Origin: a virus
Lineage: Duplodnaviria > Caudoviricetes
Strand: one strand, 5' to 3'
Length of the DNA: 27,644 nucleotides
IMG/VR virus record: IMGVR_UViG_3300037461_000749
Location: 1 to 27,644 of that record
Positions 24,152 to 27,644 of this stretch are shown here, piece after piece. The notes below the pieces were generated by a model. The model was not told where the DNA came from, did not search any database, and saw only the letters and a list, made by a program, of their open reading frames with translations. The translations under genes and the position numbers were made by a program. Within the stretch, counting starts at the first letter, position 1. Each line of letters begins with the position of its first letter.

Positions 24152-24369
24152 GGCTCCCTCCGCGCTGGCCTTACCACGCTGAATCGCAACGTGGTGATGT
24201 CATATCCACGCGCCTGCAACTCGTCAACGAGCGCCACCCCGCCATCGAACCCGTGACATAACGCCGAGTAGAGAAGGTGCCCATCGCACGACCGAGGGTA
24301 AGAGATGAGGATGTCGTTTTCGCGCTTGTCCCATCGAGCGGATAGTCTGGGCGGGCGTGCCTTGCTCAT
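24148..24369 (-). CDS. Hypothetical phage protein
   Basis: Bounded by junction repeats; LVDELQARGYDITTLRFSV. Confidence 0.75.
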   Translation of the reverse strand: MSKARPPRLSARWDKRENDILISYPRSCDGHLLYSALCHGFDGGVALVDELQARGYDITTLRFSVVRPARREP

Positions 24370-25043
24370 GGCTCCCTCCGCTCCTTCAGGTAGCGGGACC
24401 ACGCGGCGTCCTCATGCTGTCCATGATCGGGCCAGTGGCGATGTCCCGCCCGGAACGCCCGCTCCACCTCCGCACGGGCGGCGGCGAGGGGGTGTTTAGC
24501 GCAACCGTCGATATGCTGCTGTAATAAGCGGTCAACCTCGGCTTGATCGGTCACGCCGTCGAACATGATGTCACCGCAATATACGCAGCGCCCCGTGAGC
24601 GCCAGTTTTGTCAATCGTTCTATCTCCGCACGGGCGGCGGCGAGTTGCGCAGTCAGCGCCCAGTTGCGGCACCCCTCGATGGCGCACGGTGCCGCCACGG
24701 GGCAACCGGGTTGGTCGGTCACGACGCTGGGATGAACGACTTGCTGACTTAGCTGCGCCCGCGCCTCGGCTAGTTCCCGCTCCAGCTTATCTAGCGCCTC
24801 TTGTGACGCCTTCTTGCCAGCGAGTCGCGCATCACGTTCCTCAGCCAGTTCCCGCTCCAGCGATACTCGCGCTATCTGAGCGCGATCACGTTGATCCATC
24901 GTTCTCGCCGAATACGCTTTCTCCTCGGCTAGTGCCCGCTCCAGATGCTCAACTTCGGCAACAAGGGCGCGAACGTGGTGCCATGCACCATCACCAACCC
25001 CTTCTGTGTCCAGCGCCTTCTTTGCTCTGTCAAGAATGCTCAT
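24366..25043 (-). CDS. Mosaic array protein (three LERELAE-like and two ARAEVER-like modules, CxxC insert)
   Basis: Bounded by junction repeats. Confidence 0.75.
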   Translation of the reverse strand: MSILDRAKKALDTEGVGDGAWHHVRALVAEVEHLERALAEEKAYSARTMDQRDRAQIARVSLERELAEERDARLAGKKASQEALDKLERELAEARAQLSQQVVHPSVVTDQPGCPVAAPCAIEGCRNWALTAQLAAARAEIERLTKLALTGRCVYCGDIMFDGVTDQAEVDRLLQQHIDGCAKHPLAAARAEVERAFRAGHRHWPDHGQHEDAAWSRYLKERREP

Positions 25044-25633
25044 GGCTCCCTCCGCGCCCATAGGCCGCCTGCGAGGCTGGTATTGTGCGATGGGTCATTT
25101 CCAACCCACGCCCGACAGCCGTTGCCGAGCGCCCCACACTCAACGGACTGCCGTGGAGTGCTGACCTTCATGCATACATCGACCGTCGAATACATCGGTG
25201 ATGGCGCCGGAACATGAGAGCGATGCCGACACGTCGCGCACCGCTGCTCCCGCAGGGCGGCAAGGGCGGTTTCGGCTTGAGCTAACTGAAACGGTAATGC
25301 ATCCCACCCAGCCATCTTGTCGCGCAACCGCTCCACCTCCGCACGGGCGACGGATAGACGATCAGTAAGTTCTCCAACCAGTCGCGCATCCTGAAGCGCC
25401 TCGTCGCGTTGCCGCTCGGCATTGGCCTTGCCGTTCATCAGGCAGATGGGGCAGCCGATACTGCCATAGTCTTCATCGTCTGGACCGGGGAAGTGCTTGG
25501 CGCATAGTCGCTGCTCCCGCGCCTCGGCCAGTTCCCGCTCCAGCGCGGCGAGTTCTAAGCGTGCCGCGTGGCCTTCGTAAAGACGCCCGACCCACTCGGC
25601 CAGCGTCATCTCGCGATCTGGTGTGTCGCTCAT
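25040..25633 (-). CDS. Mosaic array protein (LERELAEAR, ARAEVERL and CATCRH modules)
   Basis: Bounded by junction repeats. Confidence 0.75.
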   Translation of the reverse strand: MSDTPDREMTLAEWVGRLYEGHAARLELAALERELAEAREQRLCAKHFPGPDDEDYGSIGCPICLMNGKANAERQRDEALQDARLVGELTDRLSVARAEVERLRDKMAGWDALPFQLAQAETALAALREQRCATCRHRSHVPAPSPMYSTVDVCMKVSTPRQSVECGALGNGCRAWVGNDPSHNTSLAGGLWARREP

Positions 25634-25890
25634 GGCTCCCTCCGCGCCCACGCACCGCAGCGGTGGCCAAATGTTTCACACGGCAGGCCATCCCCTGCGT
25701 CGTCTTTCGTGAGGCCACACGCGAGCATGGCGCTCAGCGGTGTATACGAATGTCGGCATGTCGCGCAGGTCTGTCCCTCCAGCCGCGTGAGTTCTGCTAT
25801 GACCAGAGCGAGCGCGGCGTCTACATCTTCACGCGAGTATGTCGCCCACGTAGACTTGCCAGCCATCGACCGGGCCTTTGTCAGCGTCAT
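25630..25890 (-). CDS. Mosaic array protein with CATCRH..C..C..CGAW module
   Basis: ATGA overlap at start; ends in a junction repeat. Confidence 0.7.
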   Translation of the reverse strand: MTLTKARSMAGKSTWATYSREDVDAALALVIAELTRLEGQTCATCRHSYTPLSAMLACGLTKDDAGDGLPCETFGHRCGAWARREP

Positions 25891-26177
25891 GCTTTCGATC
25901 CTTTTGGCCCGCCGCATCCTTCGCACTCACAGCGCACCGGATGCCAACCTGTCGCGGGTGTTGGCTGCTCACCCACGAGATATGCGATGTCGTCGGTGGG
26001 GTGATATGGCCCCGAGACTCGCGCCTCTCCGTCGAAGCGAATGTGCAGGTATTGGTCCGGTCGCGCTTGCGCGAGCACGCCCTCGCGCCCGCCAACTCTC
26101 ACCCTGACGCCGATGTGGGCTGGAACGCCGTAGTAGCGGCGCACGTAGTCGTAGCAATCAGGCTTCGGCAGTCTCAC
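25887..26177 (-). CDS. Hypothetical phage protein (YVRRYYGVPA..HPT type)
   Basis: GTGA and ATGA overlaps with both neighbours; beta-rich small domain. Confidence 0.7.
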   Translation of the reverse strand: MRLPKPDCYDYVRRYYGVPAHIGVRVRVGGREGVLAQARPDQYLHIRFDGEARVSGPYHPTDDIAYLVGEQPTPATGWHPVRCECEGCGGPKGSKA

Positions 26178-27127
26178 GTCAGCCTCGCTTTCGCGTCAGA
26201 CGCTTCCTCTTCCTGCCGCCACACGGCGAGGCACTCGGCCTCCAGTTCGTAGAACTCCACGGCGCGGTCGGCGTTCGATGCGTTGAATCCGAACCCGAAC
26301 TTGATGGCCTTCACGACTTCCGCAGCGTGGCGCTGGCGCAGTTCCTTGGTTTCCGCGCGACCGGCTATGATGTAGGCCTCCTGTGCGCGCAACAAGTCCA
26401 CATCTTCGGCGTGCTGTTGGCGCAGGGCGGCGAAAGAGTCAATCACCCCCAGTAGGAAGTCGTACCTCTCCACCCACGACTGCTCGCGTTCCCAGCCCCA
26501 GTCAATCCCCAACGTCTTACACTGCTCGCAGCCGGGGCAGCGTTTGAGGTGTTCGGCCCACCCGACATGAGAAGCACGCCCCTCAGCAATGATGTCTCGT
26601 GCGGCGTCGATGTCGGCCTCGCTCACTTGAGAAACCTCACGTCCATCTGCACCCACCCGACAACTCGGAGCGATCCACGCTCGATGTCCGCTGGCTTGCC
26701 CGGCGACTTCAGGCGACGAAGTAACCGATGAACACTCCGCGTGAGCGCAGCGTCCCGTGCTGAGTTCTTCTGGCGCTTCATGGCGTACACCCTCACTGGT
26801 CAATTTCGCCTCGGCTAACTCGGCGCGGCCTTCCCAATGGCGCACATACTCCGCGATGCTTGGGCTGAATGATGCCGCCTCGGTGATGCAGAGGTTGCGG
26901 ACATCGTGCGCCTGCGCCTCGGCTAGTTCCCGCTCCAGCGCGGCGTAGTCCTGCATCAGCGCCGATAGGTCATCGGCATCAAACGTCACGGCCTTCTGTG
27001 CTGAGCCTCGTTCGCCGTTGTCTACCAGTAGGGCGCGGTGGACTGCGCGACTAGATCCTGCAAAGCCATCTCGACAACGCAGAAGCGCCCGTGCTTTCTC
27101 TTGTGCCGATTGAACTTTGTCGCTCAT
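26174..27127 (-). CDS. Mosaic array protein, probably a fusion of two genes (internal GTG start at 26626)
   Basis: Starts at a junction repeat; contains LERELAEA; middle segment overlaps a nested ORF. Confidence 0.7.
   Translation of the reverse strand: MSDKVQSAQEKARALLRCRDGFAGSSRAVHRALLVDNGERGSAQKAVTFDADDLSALMQDYAALERELAEAQAHDVRNLCITEAASFSPSIAEYVRHWEGRAELAEAKLTSEGVRHEAPEELSTGRCAHAECSSVTSSPEVAGQASGHRAWIAPSCRVGADGREVSQVSEADIDAARDIIAEGRASHVGWAEHLKRCPGCEQCKTLGIDWGWEREQSWVERYDFLLGVIDSFAALRQQHAEDVDLLRAQEAYIIAGRAETKELRQRHAAEVVKAIKFGFGFNASNADRAVEFYELEAECLAVWRQEEEASDAKARLT
26623..26781 (-). CDS. Nested 52-aa basic ORF (MKRQKNSARDAALTRSVHRLLRRLK...)
   Basis: GAGGGTG RBS; its TGA overlaps an in-frame GTG (26626) of the host ORF. 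Confidence 0.45.
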   Translation of the reverse strand: MKRQKNSARDAALTRSVHRLLRRLKSPGKPADIERGSLRVVGWVQMDVRFLK

Positions 27128-27342
27128 GGCTCCCTCCGCGCCAACGGGACATAGCCCGTCCGCGAACGCTCGATACCGTCCACGAAGTCGGCCACGTAGT
27201 CACGGGCGGCTTGGAGCAGCACCACGGCTTCGGTCAGGCGCGGGTCTGCTGGCATCGCCTCAACCGCTTGCACCGCCTCGTAGATGGCGCGTTCGGCTGG
27301 CGTCCACTGAGTCATCTGGCTCCGTCGAGGTATGTTGCTCAT
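27124..27342 (-). CDS. Hypothetical helical protein
   Basis: Bounded by junction repeats; second ATG with its own GGAG RBS at 27315. Confidence 0.75.
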   Translation of the reverse strand: MSNIPRRSQMTQWTPAERAIYEAVQAVEAMPADPRLTEAVVLLQAARDYVADFVDGIERSRTGYVPLARREP

Positions 27343-27644
27343 GGCTCCCTCCGCGCCCGCAGCGCATGAATGGCATCAATGCTTGCCGCCTTATCCTCGG
27401 CTGGGGCCGGGGCCATGCGAATCACCGCCTCCATTTGGTCTAGCTCCTCTGGGGTGTCCGCGCCAACAATCCCAACGAGCGCCTTCCGCAGTCGCGTCAC
27501 CTCCGCACGGGCGGCGGCAAGCTCGTTCTGTAGAATCTCGGCTCGCCCCATTTCAGCCGAAAGCTGGTCGGTTACGGACACATACGCCGTGCGCGCCTCG
27601 GCCAGTTCCCGCTTCAGTTTTACGTTCTGCCGATAGAGTTCCTT
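27339..27644 (-). CDS. Mosaic array protein, 5' end beyond right edge
   Basis: Frame open to 27644 (KELYRQNVKLKRELAEAR..AARAEVTRL..ARREP). Confidence 0.75.
   Translation of the reverse strand, partial: KELYRQNVKLKRELAEARTAYVSVTDQLSAEMGRAEILQNELAAARAEVTRLRKALVGIVGADTPEELDQMEAVIRMAPAPAEDKAASIDAIHALRARREP

Larger units (their letters stand above)
24146..27356 (-). repeat. Six copies of gene-junction repeat GCGCGGAGGGAGCCATGAGC
   Basis: 24146-24165, 24364-24381 (18-nt match), 25038-25057, 25628-25647, 27122-27141, 27337-27356. Each encodes ..RREP-stop of the upstream gene and Met-Ser of the next. Confidence 0.95.

Noticed and set aside
24146-27356. Junction repeats as a CRISPR array or integron attC sites
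   Set aside because: Spacing is ~200-1500 nt of coding sequence; no palindromic structure, cas genes or integrase in the window.

Overview
High-GC tailed-phage or prophage segment; all credible genes are on the minus strand. Reading right to left: (1) an array of small mosaic genes (23645-27644) joined by six copies of a 20-nt junction repeat (GCGCGGAGGGAGCCATGAGC) that supplies the RBS, the upstream stop and the downstream start; (2) a candidate sigma70-type promoter and an HTH TerS-like gene; (3) an ~8 kb accessory block (three methyltransferases, two glycosyltransferases, a permuted papain-like enzyme, an atypical radical SAM protein, a metacaspase, SSB); (4) large terminase and a Mu gp29/DUF935-like portal; (5) three head-module polyproteins. 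The largest (>=1698 codons, 5095 to the left edge) is missing from the ORF track because it has no stop in the window; I translated it by hand. Main observation: across these three proteins, enzymatic domains (ParB-like, Zeta-like kinase, two ADP-ribosyltransferases, GNAT, three HExxH metallopeptidases) are each preceded by one of nine copies of a 13-aa motif, [D/H/S]-L-[A/S/T]-V-G-M-G-x-R-W-[A/E]-G-H. The motif is conserved at protein level. I infer it is a processing and/or capsid-loading tag for a set of virion-delivered effectors. All family assignments come from motif recognition by eye, not database searches.
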